Source: Patescibacteria group bacterium (GTDB taxonomy: Bacteria; Patescibacteriota; Patescibacteriia; Patescibacteriales; UBA12465). From it: a DNA stretch of 64,000 nt. Below the pieces are notes generated by a model that worked only from the letters and a program-made list of their open reading frames with translations, did no database searches and had not been told where the DNA came from. The stretch is taken from NCBI GenBank assembly GCA_049317985.1, contig JBMOHF010000002.1:29752-93751 (forward strand), read 5' to 3'. Of this stretch, positions 40,322 to 49,716 are shown in pieces; positions within the stretch are counted from its first letter, which is position 1; each line of letters starts with the position of its first letter. The position numbers were made by a program, and so were the translations under genes.

Positions 40322-40488
40322 TTTTTAGACTACATTATCTAATAATTTGCTTAATATCAGTAAATTACATTATAAATTAAATTAATAAAATTGTCAATAG
40401 TTTTTTAAAATATAATTCGGCGTAAAACTATGGCTAATTGACTCAAAATACCATAATTATTGGCCTAGTTGATGACCTCAAAACATGA

Positions 40489-42588
40489 CTATTCAATCAC
40501 AATCCTAGCATCCAGAACCTTCACTCCCTTGCCAACTTCGAGAGCTAGTAATGGATTGATGTCTAATTCTTTGATCTCCGGAAAATCTTCTAATAATTTA
40601 GCTAGATGCAAAACTGCTTCAACAACGGCTTCAAGGCCCGCTGGCTTGGCGCCTCGTACCCCAGCTAACATTTTCTTGGACTTCAGTGATCCAAGCATTA
40701 CTAAGACATCTTCCCGGCTCAAAGGATTCAAACCAAAAGCGACATCTTTCAATACTTCCACGAATATTCCCCCGAGTCCCACCATAATCATATTTCCAAA
40801 AGAAGGATCTTTAATTCCTCCAAGAATTAATTCCACGCCAGAATCAATAATCATTTCTTCCAAAAGTACTCCTTCTAGTTTCGCTTCGGGACGATTCTTT
40901 GTCACACGAGCCATTAAGATCTCAAATTTGTCACCCGCTTCTTCTGGTAAAATATTCAAAGAAATTCCCCCAGCATCACTCTTGTGTAAAATATCTTGGG
41001 AAACAATTTTCATGACGGTTTTTACACCAAATTCTTTCGCAATCGCTTCAGCCTCTTCCCTAGTTTTGGCAACCCGGCCCTTTAAGACTGGTAAACCATA
41101 GGCTTCCAAAACCGCCAGCGCCCGCGCCTCGGGAAACGATAATAAACCGGCTTGTCTGGCTTCAGCAAAAATTTTTGCCACCGCTTCTCGGTTCACGTCT
41201 TTAATTTCTGGAATCACCCCAATCGGCAAAGAAGCGTGTTCAAAAAAGTTGTTCAAGATGTCGAGCGCCTTCACTGCCTCTTCAGGATAGGAGAAAGCAG
41301 CAACACCAGAATTCTTTAAAATTGTTATTCCTGGCAAAACAAGTTCTTCACCCATAAAGGCGGCGGCCACTGGTTTACCAAATTTATTTTTGGCGGCCAC
41401 TAAGGCGTTTGCTGTCTCTTCAATTTCGGTCATTGCCTGAGGAGTGAGAATTAACAAAACTGAATCAACATTTTGATCAGACAACACCGCGTCTAGAGCG
41501 GCGCGATATCTGTCGGCCATTGCATCGCCAATAATATCGATTGGGTTGTGGAGATTTGCTGAGGCCGGCAAAGCGGCGACTAATTTCGCTGTTGTTTCTG
41601 GCGATAATACTGCCGGCACTAAACCATCTTCCACGACGGCATCAATGGCCAAAACACCTGGCCCGCCAGCATTGGTGATGATTGCTAAATTTTTTGCACT
41701 CTTAATCGGATTAGCACTAAATATTTTTATATAATTAAACAACTCATTAACACTATCAGCCCGAATTACTCCGCTCTGACGAAACAAGGCCTCATAAGCT
41801 GCATCGTTTCCCGCCAATGCACCAGTGTGTGACGCGGATGCTCCGGCGCCTGCACCAGTCCGACCAGACTTTAAAGCAATAATCGGTTTGGGATTTGCTC
41901 CAGTAGTAATTTTTCTGATAATTGCCATTAGTGGTTCGGGATCACTCAATTGCTCAACATACATCGCAATCACTTTTGTATCGGCATCTTCGGCCAAATA
42001 TTCCAAAATAGCTACTTCACTAATCACGGCCTTGTTCCCCACGCTCATAAATTTGGAAAAACCGATCCCCATCTCTTTGGCACAATCAAGAATAGCCGTG
42101 CACAAGGCGCCACTTTGCGAAATAAAAGCCACCGAGCCAACTGGTGGCATCACCGCCGCGAAAGAAGCGTTCAATTGCAAGGCTGGGTTAATTATTCCAA
42201 GACAATTTGGACCAATCAAAGCGATATCATATTTTTCACAAATCTTTTTCACTTCATCCTCCAGTTCAGAATGACCAGATTCTTTGAAGCCTGCCGAGAT
42301 AATAATTGCGCCTTTAATCCCCAAAGATCCGCCTTCCTCCATAATTGCCGGGACAATGGCAGCTGGGACGACAACAATCATTAAATCAATTTTTTGGCCG
42401 ATAGCGGTCAATGTTGGAAAGCACGGTAAACCATAAAGTTCTGTCGCCTTCGGATTGACTGGAAAAATATGGCCCGAAAAACCGGCCGTAAGATTTTTGA
42501 CAATTTCATTTCCAACACTATGTTCCTTAGTTGAAGCACCGACAATGGCGACACTTTTTGGTTTAAAGATGGCGTCTAAATTTTTCAT
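40489..42588 (-). CDS. acd: Acetate--CoA ligase (ADP-forming), fused alpha/beta
   Basis: VAIVGAS, GPNCLG, SQSGA, SHTGALAG (phospho-His), TNAGGPG, HKSD.GG and ELDINPL motifs; no GNAT domain. Confidence 0.9.
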   Translation of the reverse strand: MKNLDAIFKPKSVAIVGASTKEHSVGNEIVKNLTAGFSGHIFPVNPKATELYGLPCFPTLTAIGQKIDLMIVVVPAAIVPAIMEEGGSLGIKGAIIISAGFKESGHSELEDEVKKICEKYDIALIGPNCLGIINPALQLNASFAAVMPPVGSVAFISQSGALCTAILDCAKEMGIGFSKFMSVGNKAVISEVAILEYLAEDADTKVIAMYVEQLSDPEPLMAIIRKITTGANPKPIIALKSGRTGAGAGASASHTGALAGNDAAYEALFRQSGVIRADSVNELFNYIKIFSANPIKSAKNLAIITNAGGPGVLAIDAVVEDGLVPAVLSPETTAKLVAALPASANLHNPIDIIGDAMADRYRAALDAVLSDQNVDSVLLILTPQAMTEIEETANALVAAKNKFGKPVAAAFMGEELVLPGITILKNSGVAAFSYPEEAVKALDILNNFFEHASLPIGVIPEIKDVNREAVAKIFAEARQAGLLSFPEARALAVLEAYGLPVLKGRVAKTREEAEAIAKEFGVKTVMKIVSQDILHKSDAGGISLNILPEEAGDKFEILMARVTKNRPEAKLEGVLLEEMIIDSGVELILGGIKDPSFGNMIMVGLGGIFVEVLKDVAFGLNPLSREDVLVMLGSLKSKKMLAGVRGAKPAGLEAVVEAVLHLAKLLEDFPEIKELDINPLLALEVGKGVKVLDARIVIE

Positions 42589-42602
42589 AAATATTTTTTA
42601 TT

Positions 42603-43340
42603 TTATAGCGATAATTCTTTAATATAAACACTCTTACAAAAATCAGCTAAAATATTTTTACTAGCGACTAATTGTTCATTGGTGGTTGGCTTTACGCCTT
42701 CTAATTTATACGGCAAACCGAGTTTTTTATATTTAGATATTCCTAGTTCGTGATATGGCAAAAGTTCCAAACGCTCAAGATTTTTTAATTTTCCGCAGAA
42801 AGCACCGAGCTTTTCTAAATCCTCTCTATCGTCGGTCCAACCGGATACCAAGACATAACGAATCCAGAATGGTTTTCCCAAGCGATCATATTCTTCAATG
42901 TTTTCAATAACCGCTAGATTGCTTGCTCCAGTTAATTCACGATGTTTTTTCCCATCAATCTGCTTGATGTCAAAAATCACCAAATCGGCCAGTGCCAATA
43001 GTTTCTTTGATTCGGGCGTCCAAATACTCCCATTGGTATCTAAAACTGTGTTAAAGCCAAGTTTTTTGACGCTTTCAAACAATGGTAATAATTTTTTGGT
43101 TTGCAGTAATGGTTCACCACCAGAGATACTCAAACCACCACCGCTAGTGAAATATGGCCTTTGCTCTTCTAGTAAATTAATAATTTGCTCCGCCGAATAA
43201 TCTTTACCGCCAGATTGCTCAATAGTGTCGGGGTTATGACAATAAGCACAGCGAAAATTACAACCTTGGAGAAATAGTACAAGGCGGATACCTGGTCCTT
43301 CATGGGTTCCGAAGGTCTCAATTGAGTGAATTCTAAGCAT
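42603..43340 (-). CDS. pflA: Pyruvate formate-lyase activating enzyme (radical SAM)
   Basis: HSIETFGT.EGPGIR, GCNFRCAYCHNPDT, SGGEP and LLPYH motifs. Confidence 0.95.
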   Translation of the reverse strand: MLRIHSIETFGTHEGPGIRLVLFLQGCNFRCAYCHNPDTIEQSGGKDYSAEQIINLLEEQRPYFTSGGGLSISGGEPLLQTKKLLPLFESVKKLGFNTVLDTNGSIWTPESKKLLALADLVIFDIKQIDGKKHRELTGASNLAVIENIEEYDRLGKPFWIRYVLVSGWTDDREDLEKLGAFCGKLKNLERLELLPYHELGISKYKKLGLPYKLEGVKPTTNEQLVASKNILADFCKSVYIKELSL

Positions 43341-43354
43341 TTACGTAATATTAG

Positions 43355-43426
43355 TGTCTCTACCCCGATTCGAACGGGGATTACCGGCTTCGGAGGCCAG
43401 CGTTCTATCCATTAAACTATAAAGAC
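43355..43426 (-). tRNA. tRNA-Arg(CCG)
   Basis: GTCTTTA/TAGAGAC acceptor, CTGGC-CTCCGAA-GCCGG anticodon arm and CCCCGTTCGAATCGGGG T arm. Confidence 0.93.
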
Positions 43427-43526
43427 CAAGCTTTTATCCTTCTATTATACTGGAAATATCGACTGCTGGCAAAGCCAATAAAAAAGGAGTTCGCAATAAA
43501 CTTGCCAACTCCAACGATTCTTTTCC

Positions 43527-43979
43527 TTATTTTTTTTGTATTTTTAAACTAATGCAATTACCAATTGGTAAACTAATCACATGTGTGCGACTGGAGGCAA
43601 TGAAATTAAAGCGACCAGACTCCCAGGATGGGTTAGTTTTCATCAAACGAACTAGCTCGTCAGAGGTGATTGCCAAAGAAATAACATTTTTCTTGATAAA
43701 AGTATGGGAAAGATTAATAATGCCAATCTTTTCCCGAGAAACCTTGGTACTTTTGGTAAATCCAAGGAATCCCTTAATCTTAGTTACCATGAGAAATTCT
43801 GCTTCACAATTCAAGTTTTCACCGATTAAATGCGGGAAGACTTGGCTCCAGAAGGATTCATTTGGCACATTGCATTCGGCTAATTCAACAAATAAATAGT
43901 CGTTATTATCCTTAACTAACTCACAGGTTGTTCCTGAATTAAGGATTAGTTCCCTCACCATCTTGTTAATTTTTTCCAT
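43527..43979 (-). CDS. Hypothetical protein (orphan cassette)
   Basis: 150 aa ORF with an AGGA RBS, upstream TTGACA promoter (~44090-44095) and terminator at 43480-43512. Confidence 0.6.
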   Translation of the reverse strand: MEKINKMVRELILNSGTTCELVKDNNDYLFVELAECNVPNESFWSQVFPHLIGENLNCEAEFLMVTKIKGFLGFTKSTKVSREKIGIINLSHTFIKKNVISLAITSDELVRLMKTNPSWESGRFNFIASSRTHVISLPIGNCISLKIQKK

Positions 43980-44136
43980 TTTTCCTTTTTTATTATAGTG
44001 ATTATCTAGTTTTTAGTTATTTTAAAAGACAAAAATACTAAACTCAATAAAGAGATTAGTATTTGAATTTAACATAATATACCAATGATTGTCAACAAGG
44101 AACCAAACTTGCCTTGGCGAGAAATAATTTAAAAAT

Positions 44137-47100
44137 CTATTGACCAATTAATTTATTGGCCTTAGCTTTTGTGGCTAAACCAAAAATTCCATAGCCATAA
44201 ATTTTTGGTGAAGTGATTTTGTATTTTAATTGAAATTTTTCTACCGCCACCCTAGTTTGAGCGCCGTAAAAAGAGGTTGTTGCATCTTGGGCCAATAAAC
44301 CTTGAGCGACTAAGAAATTTTGTAGTTTCTTTACTTCCCCGTTTTTGTTACCAGGAGAAAGAGTTGTTTTAATTAATTCTAATTTTATTGGGCTACTTGA
44401 AGCAATAATAACTGGCGCCTCACTGATTGGAGCAACAATTTTTGGGACCTCAACTTCACTAGTAAGATTTTTATTAAATTCATTAATTAAATCATTAACC
44501 TTTTTCTTAGTGGCCAAACCAAAGATTCCATAACCATAAATCTTTGGCGAAATTATTTTGTATTTCAATTGAAATTTCTCAACTGCCGCTCTCGTTTGAG
44601 CGCCATAAAATGAAGTAGCGGCATCTTGAGTCAAAAGACCCTGAGAAATCAAGAAATTTTGCAGTTTCTTCACTTCCGCATTTTTGTTACCAGATATTAA
44701 AGAAGTTTTAACTAATTCTAATTTTATTCGGCTACTTGGTTTTTTATCAAATAATTCGTTCTCATCAACATCACCAACATAGAAACCTGGAATAGTGCTA
44801 GTAGAAATCAGATCGGAGCTGGTAGACAATTGCGTATTTTCACTTGATGTTCCGATTAAATTAATCTTGGCTGTTAAAATTTCTGAATAATAATTGTAAA
44901 AATTCGCAAATTTTAAATAGAGATTTTTCTCCCCCAAATTATTAGCTGTCTGAAAAATCGTGGAAGTGGTGTAAGCGCGAAGAATGGCGCCAGAAAAATT
45001 CTGATTTTCGGAAATTAAATAAGCACTCGCGTCAGGGCCACCATCGAGAGAAATAATAAATTTATTTGAATTAGTGCTAGGTGCTCCATTATTGACTAAG
45101 AATTTAAATTGGCCACCGATTGGTTTTCGCAGGAGAGAATAATTGATTGATGGACCACCGCCCCCACCGCCACCACTGGTCACCGTTGGTGTGGCGGGAA
45201 CAGGACAACCGGTCGTTGAAAAAGTCTGATCACTACTAGTGCTATGATTTCCTAGAGAGTCATAGGCAGATAACTGATAATGATAAGTTGTGCAAGATAA
45301 TAAATTTTGCAGATTCTCAGAATGGTTAAGAACTAACACACTAGCATCTTTCAATACACTGCTGGAGCCATAACTATTGGTCAGTCCGTAATTAACTTCC
45401 GTACTTGAAAGTGAACCGGTTTTCCAACTAATAACCGCGTTAGAGGGATAGCTTGTTGAACTCTGGTCAGAAAAAACTGACCCGCCTAAAGTAGATGTTC
45501 CGCTTTCACTAAAAGCACCATCTCCAACACCATTAACTGCTCCGACGCGAAAAGCATAAGAGACTCCACTAGTTAAGCCAGTAACGGATATCGAGCTACT
45601 GGAAGTGGTAGCTAAGGGCAACCAAATATAGGAATCAAAAGGATAGGAAAATTGCGTGTGATATTCTAATTGATACATAGTAACTGGCAAGCCATTACCA
45701 GTTGGCGCTTGCCAATTTAAATTAAAAACATTCCCATCAACAGCAACAACCAAATTAGCTGGTACTCCTGGGAAAGTAGCAGGCACAACCAAAGAAGATG
45801 TTTGTCCGCGAGAACTGTCACCCACTTCATTAGTGGCTACCACAAAAAAATTATAACTAGTTCCATTAGTTAGCCCGGTGACCGTGATTGGTGAGGAAGA
45901 ACCGGTTGCGGTGAAGTTTCCGGGCTCAGATACAATCGAGTAGGACGTTATTGCTGACCCTCCGTTACTTCCGGGAGGAGAAAAAGCCACGCTCGCTTGA
46001 CCATTGCCTCGTGTTGCCACAACATTGGTCGGAGCACTAGGAACGGTGAGAGGAATAACTGCCGAAGATGTGGCGCTAAAAGGTCCGGTACCAACAGAAT
46101 TGATTGCCGCAACTCGAAAAGTATAACTAGTTCCATTAGTTAGCCCGGTGACCGTGATTGGTGAGGAAGAACCGGTTGCGGTGAAGTTTCCGGGCCCAGA
46201 AATAACCGTGTAGCCAGTAATTGGCGAGCTACCATTTCCATATGGTGAATTAAAAGAAACTGTCGCTTGACCGTTGCCACGCACGACGGAAATGTTTAGC
46301 GGCTCACTGGGCACCTGACAACCAGAAGTTTCAAAAATAGAATCTTGACTAACTATTTTATTTCCTAAATTATCAACATTAATAAATCGATAGTGGTAAT
46401 CCGTGCAAGCAGCTAAGCCGTTGATTGTTGCTTCGTGATCCAAGACAAGGGGTGACAAATCTTTTTCGACCGTCGAAGATCCATAGCTGGGAGTTAAGCC
46501 ATACTCTATTTGGGTAGTTGAATAATAATTTGTACTCCAACCCAAAATAATTCGCCCTGCTGATTGAGATTCGCTGCCAAGATAAACTGGCTGACCATCT
46601 GCTAAAACAGTCACGGGATCGCTATTTGAGCTGGCCCCGACATTGTTGACTGCTCTCACCCGAAAATCGTAGGAAATTCCAGGCGTTAAAAGAGTGGTTG
46701 AGAAGGATGGTGAAAAAACCGTGGCCGGCCAAACATGCCAAGTTGAGCTACCCGTTGTTTTATAATTAATTTCATAATAAGTGATCGACGCACCACCATC
46801 ACTTGGCACATCCCAAGTTAAATCAGTCTGAAAATCTTCACTGGATACGCCAAATAAATTACTTGGAATCCCAGGGACTGTTGCGGGAACAGCGGTTTGT
46901 GGTGAACTTGAAGAACTACTACCGACTTCATTATTCGCTTTAACCGTAAAAGTATAACTGGTACCGTTAGTTAAACCTGCAACTGTGATTGGTGAAGAGG
47001 AACCAGTGGCAGAAATGTTTCCGCTATCAGATGTTACCGTGTAACTAGTTACTGGCAATCCTCCATTATTTAGCGGTGCGGCAAATAAAACTGTTAATTG

Positions 47101-48357
47101 ACCATTGCCCCGCACCAAAGAAACGCCGGTTGGCACATCTGGAACGGTGGCTGGTATTACAGGTGTTGACGATGCGCTTGACGCTCCAGCGCCAACACTA
47201 TTTGCGGCCGAAACCGAGAAAACATAAGATGTTCCATTGGTTAATCCAGTGACAATAATTGGTGAGGAAGAACCAGCGGCAGTAAAGTTCCCGGGTTCGG
47301 AAACAACGGAATATGAAGTTATTGCGGTCCCGCCGTTGCTTTGAGAAGGAGAAAAAGAAATATTTACTTGGCCATTCCCTCGTGTTGCCACAACATTGGT
47401 CGGTGCACTTGGAGTAGTAAGAGGGACAACTGCTGAAGAGGTGGCACTATAAGGTCCAGCACCGACAGAGTTAAGCGCAGCGACTCGAAAAGAATAACTA
47501 GTTCCATTAGTTAATCCGGTGACCGTGATTGGTGAGGAAGAACCAGTAGCCGTAATGTTCCCTGGCTCGGAAATAATCGTATAGCCAGTAATCGGCGAAC
47601 TGCCGTTAGCATACGGTGGAGTAAACGAAACCGTCGCCTGACCATTACCCCCAACCACTTCGATATTAGTTGGCTCACTAGGTGTTGTACAACCAAGGGT
47701 GGTAACGTAATTATTGGAATCAACATCGTGCACACTGTTGCCAAGACTATCAGTTCCTAAAATTTTAAAATTATAAGTAGTACAAGGAGCTAAGTCCGTG
47801 ATAACTTGCTGGTGTTCCGTAACCATTGGGTTAAGATCCTTTTCAACCGTAGTGGATCCATACGCTGTGGTTAAACCATATCCAACCTGAGTTGTGGAAT
47901 AAGAACTCGTGTTCCAAAAAAGAGTAATCTGAGAAGCGGATTGTGAAATACCGCTGATATAGGCTTGAACAACATTAAACGAAATGGTTATTGCTTGGCT
48001 AGCTGGGCCTGTGCCAATTTCGTTCCGCGCGCGAATCTTAAAGTCATAAGAATGGCCTGACGCAAAAAGGTTGGAAGACCACGAAGTAAAGGCTGGATGT
48101 TCTTGCCAAATTTCCCAAGTTGAACTACCGGTCAGACGATACTCGATTTGGTAATCAAGTATTTCCGCGCCCCCATTTGCTGGCTCCTCCCAAAGAAGAC
48201 CGATTTCATTATAAGTAGAGAAATCAGACAAACCAAATGGCGCTGAGGGAACAGTCGAACCATCCGCTTTAACTATTGAAACTAACGTTAAAAAATTGCC
48301 AAACAAAAAAACAGGCAAAAGAAAAAGTATGAAAAAGTTGAGAAACTTTTTTGCCAT
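44137..48357 (-). CDS. Large secreted fibronectin type III repeat protein with two C-terminal peptidoglycan-binding-like repeats
   Basis: Signal peptide; repeated P.APT.V...GNGQ...GGS.IT.Y...GLTNGTSY.F.V.A.N.VG Fn3 units and YG.T..YG units; duplicated V..LQ.FL...G...YG.QT..AV..FQ. Confidence 0.9.
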   Translation of the reverse strand: MAKKFLNFFILFLLPVFLFGNFLTLVSIVKADGSTVPSAPFGLSDFSTYNEIGLLWEEPANGGAEILDYQIEYRLTGSSTWEIWQEHPAFTSWSSNLFASGHSYDFKIRARNEIGTGPASQAITISFNVVQAYISGISQSASQITLFWNTSSYSTTQVGYGLTTAYGSTTVEKDLNPMVTEHQQVITDLAPCTTYNFKILGTDSLGNSVHDVDSNNYVTTLGCTTPSEPTNIEVVGGNGQATVSFTPPYANGSSPITGYTIISEPGNITATGSSSPITVTGLTNGTSYSFRVAALNSVGAGPYSATSSAVVPLTTPSAPTNVVATRGNGQVNISFSPSQSNGGTAITSYSVVSEPGNFTAAGSSSPIIVTGLTNGTSYVFSVSAANSVGAGASSASSTPVIPATVPDVPTGVSLVRGNGQLTVLFAAPLNNGGLPVTSYTVTSDSGNISATGSSSPITVAGLTNGTSYTFTVKANNEVGSSSSSSPQTAVPATVPGIPSNLFGVSSEDFQTDLTWDVPSDGGASITYYEINYKTTGSSTWHVWPATVFSPSFSTTLLTPGISYDFRVRAVNNVGASSNSDPVTVLADGQPVYLGSESQSAGRIILGWSTNYYSTTQIEYGLTPSYGSSTVEKDLSPLVLDHEATINGLAACTDYHYRFINVDNLGNKIVSQDSIFETSGCQVPSEPLNISVVRGNGQATVSFNSPYGNGSSPITGYTVISGPGNFTATGSSSPITVTGLTNGTSYTFRVAAINSVGTGPFSATSSAVIPLTVPSAPTNVVATRGNGQASVAFSPPGSNGGSAITSYSIVSEPGNFTATGSSSPITVTGLTNGTSYNFFVVATNEVGDSSRGQTSSLVVPATFPGVPANLVVAVDGNVFNLNWQAPTGNGLPVTMYQLEYHTQFSYPFDSYIWLPLATTSSSSISVTGLTSGVSYAFRVGAVNGVGDGAFSESGTSTLGGSVFSDQSSTSYPSNAVISWKTGSLSSTEVNYGLTNSYGSSSVLKDASVLVLNHSENLQNLLSCTTYHYQLSAYDSLGNHSTSSDQTFSTTGCPVPATPTVTSGGGGGGGPSINYSLLRKPIGGQFKFLVNNGAPSTNSNKFIISLDGGPDASAYLISENQNFSGAILRAYTTSTIFQTANNLGEKNLYLKFANFYNYYSEILTAKINLIGTSSENTQLSTSSDLISTSTIPGFYVGDVDENELFDKKPSSRIKLELVKTSLISGNKNAEVKKLQNFLISQGLLTQDAATSFYGAQTRAAVEKFQLKYKIISPKIYGYGIFGLATKKKVNDLINEFNKNLTSEVEVPKIVAPISEAPVIIASSSPIKLELIKTTLSPGNKNGEVKKLQNFLVAQGLLAQDATTSFYGAQTRVAVEKFQLKYKITSPKIYGYGIFGLATKAKANKLIGQ
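45852..46195. repeat. 74-bp identical intragenic direct repeat (45852-45925 = 46122-46195)
   Basis: Direct comparison; the 270-bp offset equals one Fn3 unit. Confidence 0.85.
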
Positions 48358-48620
48358 TTCAATAATATTTATAATTATATTAATAATATTATAGCATAAA
48401 AAAATGATTAACTACTAGAGAAATTCCGTCTATTAAAAGATCCTAGGGAAAAGCTTTAAATCTCAAAAAGAGCCAACGCTTTATACTTGGGCCTTCTATT
48501 TTATATTGGTAGAGAGGAGCGTGGTTGGAAAGGTAATATTGAAATAATTAGATAAAAGAAAAAGCACCTCTAGCTTGGGGTGCTCCTTTAAATTGATAAT
48601 TCTAAATATTTTAATAATTG

Positions 48621-49040
48621 TTATTTCAACCATTCCGGGTTTTCTCTTAAAACCCTTTCATAAATTTTTTGACATTCTTCAAGAAGTGCATGAAATAGCG
48701 TTTCTCCTTCATGAATATTAAGAAATTCACGTTGTTTTTCACATCTATCCCAAAATTCAACTGGTTCAAGACTGACTATCATTTTTTTCCAATCTTCAGG
48801 ATTGGACAAATCAACAGTTACTCCGTCAGGACAAGTAAGAGCGGGAGAATAATGCTGCCCGTGAATCACAAATATTGTTTCCCTTCCTAAGGTTTTGTCG
48901 GTAACTTTTACTGCAGCAAGTCCTGCCTGCACAGAAGGCTTTTCATTTTTAAAGTAGTTATCATTAAAGTTTGATAACACTTGGATGATTAGGTTTGGAT
49001 TAACCTGAAAAAAACTAAATTTTTGAAGTTCTTCGTCCAT
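48621..49040 (-). CDS. Hypothetical protein (orphan cassette)
   Basis: 139 aa ORF; promoter TTGACA-N17-TATCAT (~49160-49188); terminator at 48559-48584. Confidence 0.6.
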   Translation of the reverse strand: MDEELQKFSFFQVNPNLIIQVLSNFNDNYFKNEKPSVQAGLAAVKVTDKTLGRETIFVIHGQHYSPALTCPDGVTVDLSNPEDWKKMIVSLEPVEFWDRCEKQREFLNIHEGETLFHALLEECQKIYERVLRENPEWLK

Positions 49041-49323
49041 TGTATATTTTTTTGAGATGATTATTGATTTGATTAATTACTAAACCCACCTATTTCTAGA
49101 CGATTTTGGTAATTAATCAAATCTAATATTATTTTTAAATGTTCTATTTTAATGATTAAATGATAGCATAATATATATAATATGTCAATTAGTAGACAAG
49201 ACGGCTTATTCTGGAATGGCTACTATTTATATAAATATTAGATAAAATATATTATTATTGGGTAGAGTCTTTGATTGCTCTATCCAACAAAAAATAAGCT
49301 AGTAATAGCTTATTTTTGTTAGT

Positions 49324-49338
49324 GCGGAGAGTAAGGGA
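49324..49338 (-). repeat. Distal copy of the tRNA-Ser 3' end (att-like), followed by a terminator
   Basis: GCGGAGAGTAAGGGA matches 49898-49912; hairpin AAAAATAAGCTA/TAGCTTATTTTT at 49290-49317. Confidence 0.75.
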
Positions 49339-49395
49339 CAGTAAGTATATAAAAAAGCCCTTCAAAGTGAAGAGCTGTGCTGAGAACATTATTAT

Positions 49396-49626
49396 TTACA
49401 TCTTGATTTTCTGCATTTTTTTTCCAATAACCATTGAGATCATTGATATCGCTAAAAACGATGTCATGACGAAAAAATACATATTTCCGAAATCTCTTGG
49501 AAGCTTAGGCCCAAAAAGCGCAAAAGCAACAAAGACAAATGCAATAATTAGCAAAACAAGATAGCTGATTACGCCAAATTTTAGATATCTATTTGGCCAA
49601 TCCAACAAAATTATAATGAGTACCAT
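49396..49626 (-). CDS. Small two-TM membrane protein inside the tRNA-Ser mini-island
   Basis: Strong AGGAGG RBS, TTGACA promoter at 49711-49716 and terminator at 49351-49376. Confidence 0.7.
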   Translation of the reverse strand: MVLIIILLDWPNRYLKFGVISYLVLLIIAFVFVAFALFGPKLPRDFGNMYFFVMTSFLAISMISMVIGKKMQKIKM

Positions 49627-49716
49627 AATTAAACCTCCTATTATGTTAAATTAAATGATTGTTTTTTAAAGTCCTGAATACAAAAAAAATCTACCACCTG
49701 GACATTATTTTGTCAA

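Noticed and set aside
40469-42384. Long plus-strand ORFs antisense to acd (and similar ones opposite mreB, frr, ruvA and others)
   Set aside because: Antisense shadows of well-supported minus-strand genes, with no recognisable motifs.
40489-42588. Protein lysine acetyltransferase (Pat/PatZ)
   Set aside because: No GNAT domain, and the phosphorylatable His motifs are retained, which fits an acyl-CoA synthetase.
44160-44740. Duplicated ~230-bp C-terminal segments as a possible DGR template/variable repeat pair
   Set aside because: Both copies are in frame within one gene, mismatches are mostly third-position and not adenine-specific, and there is no reverse transcriptase in the window.
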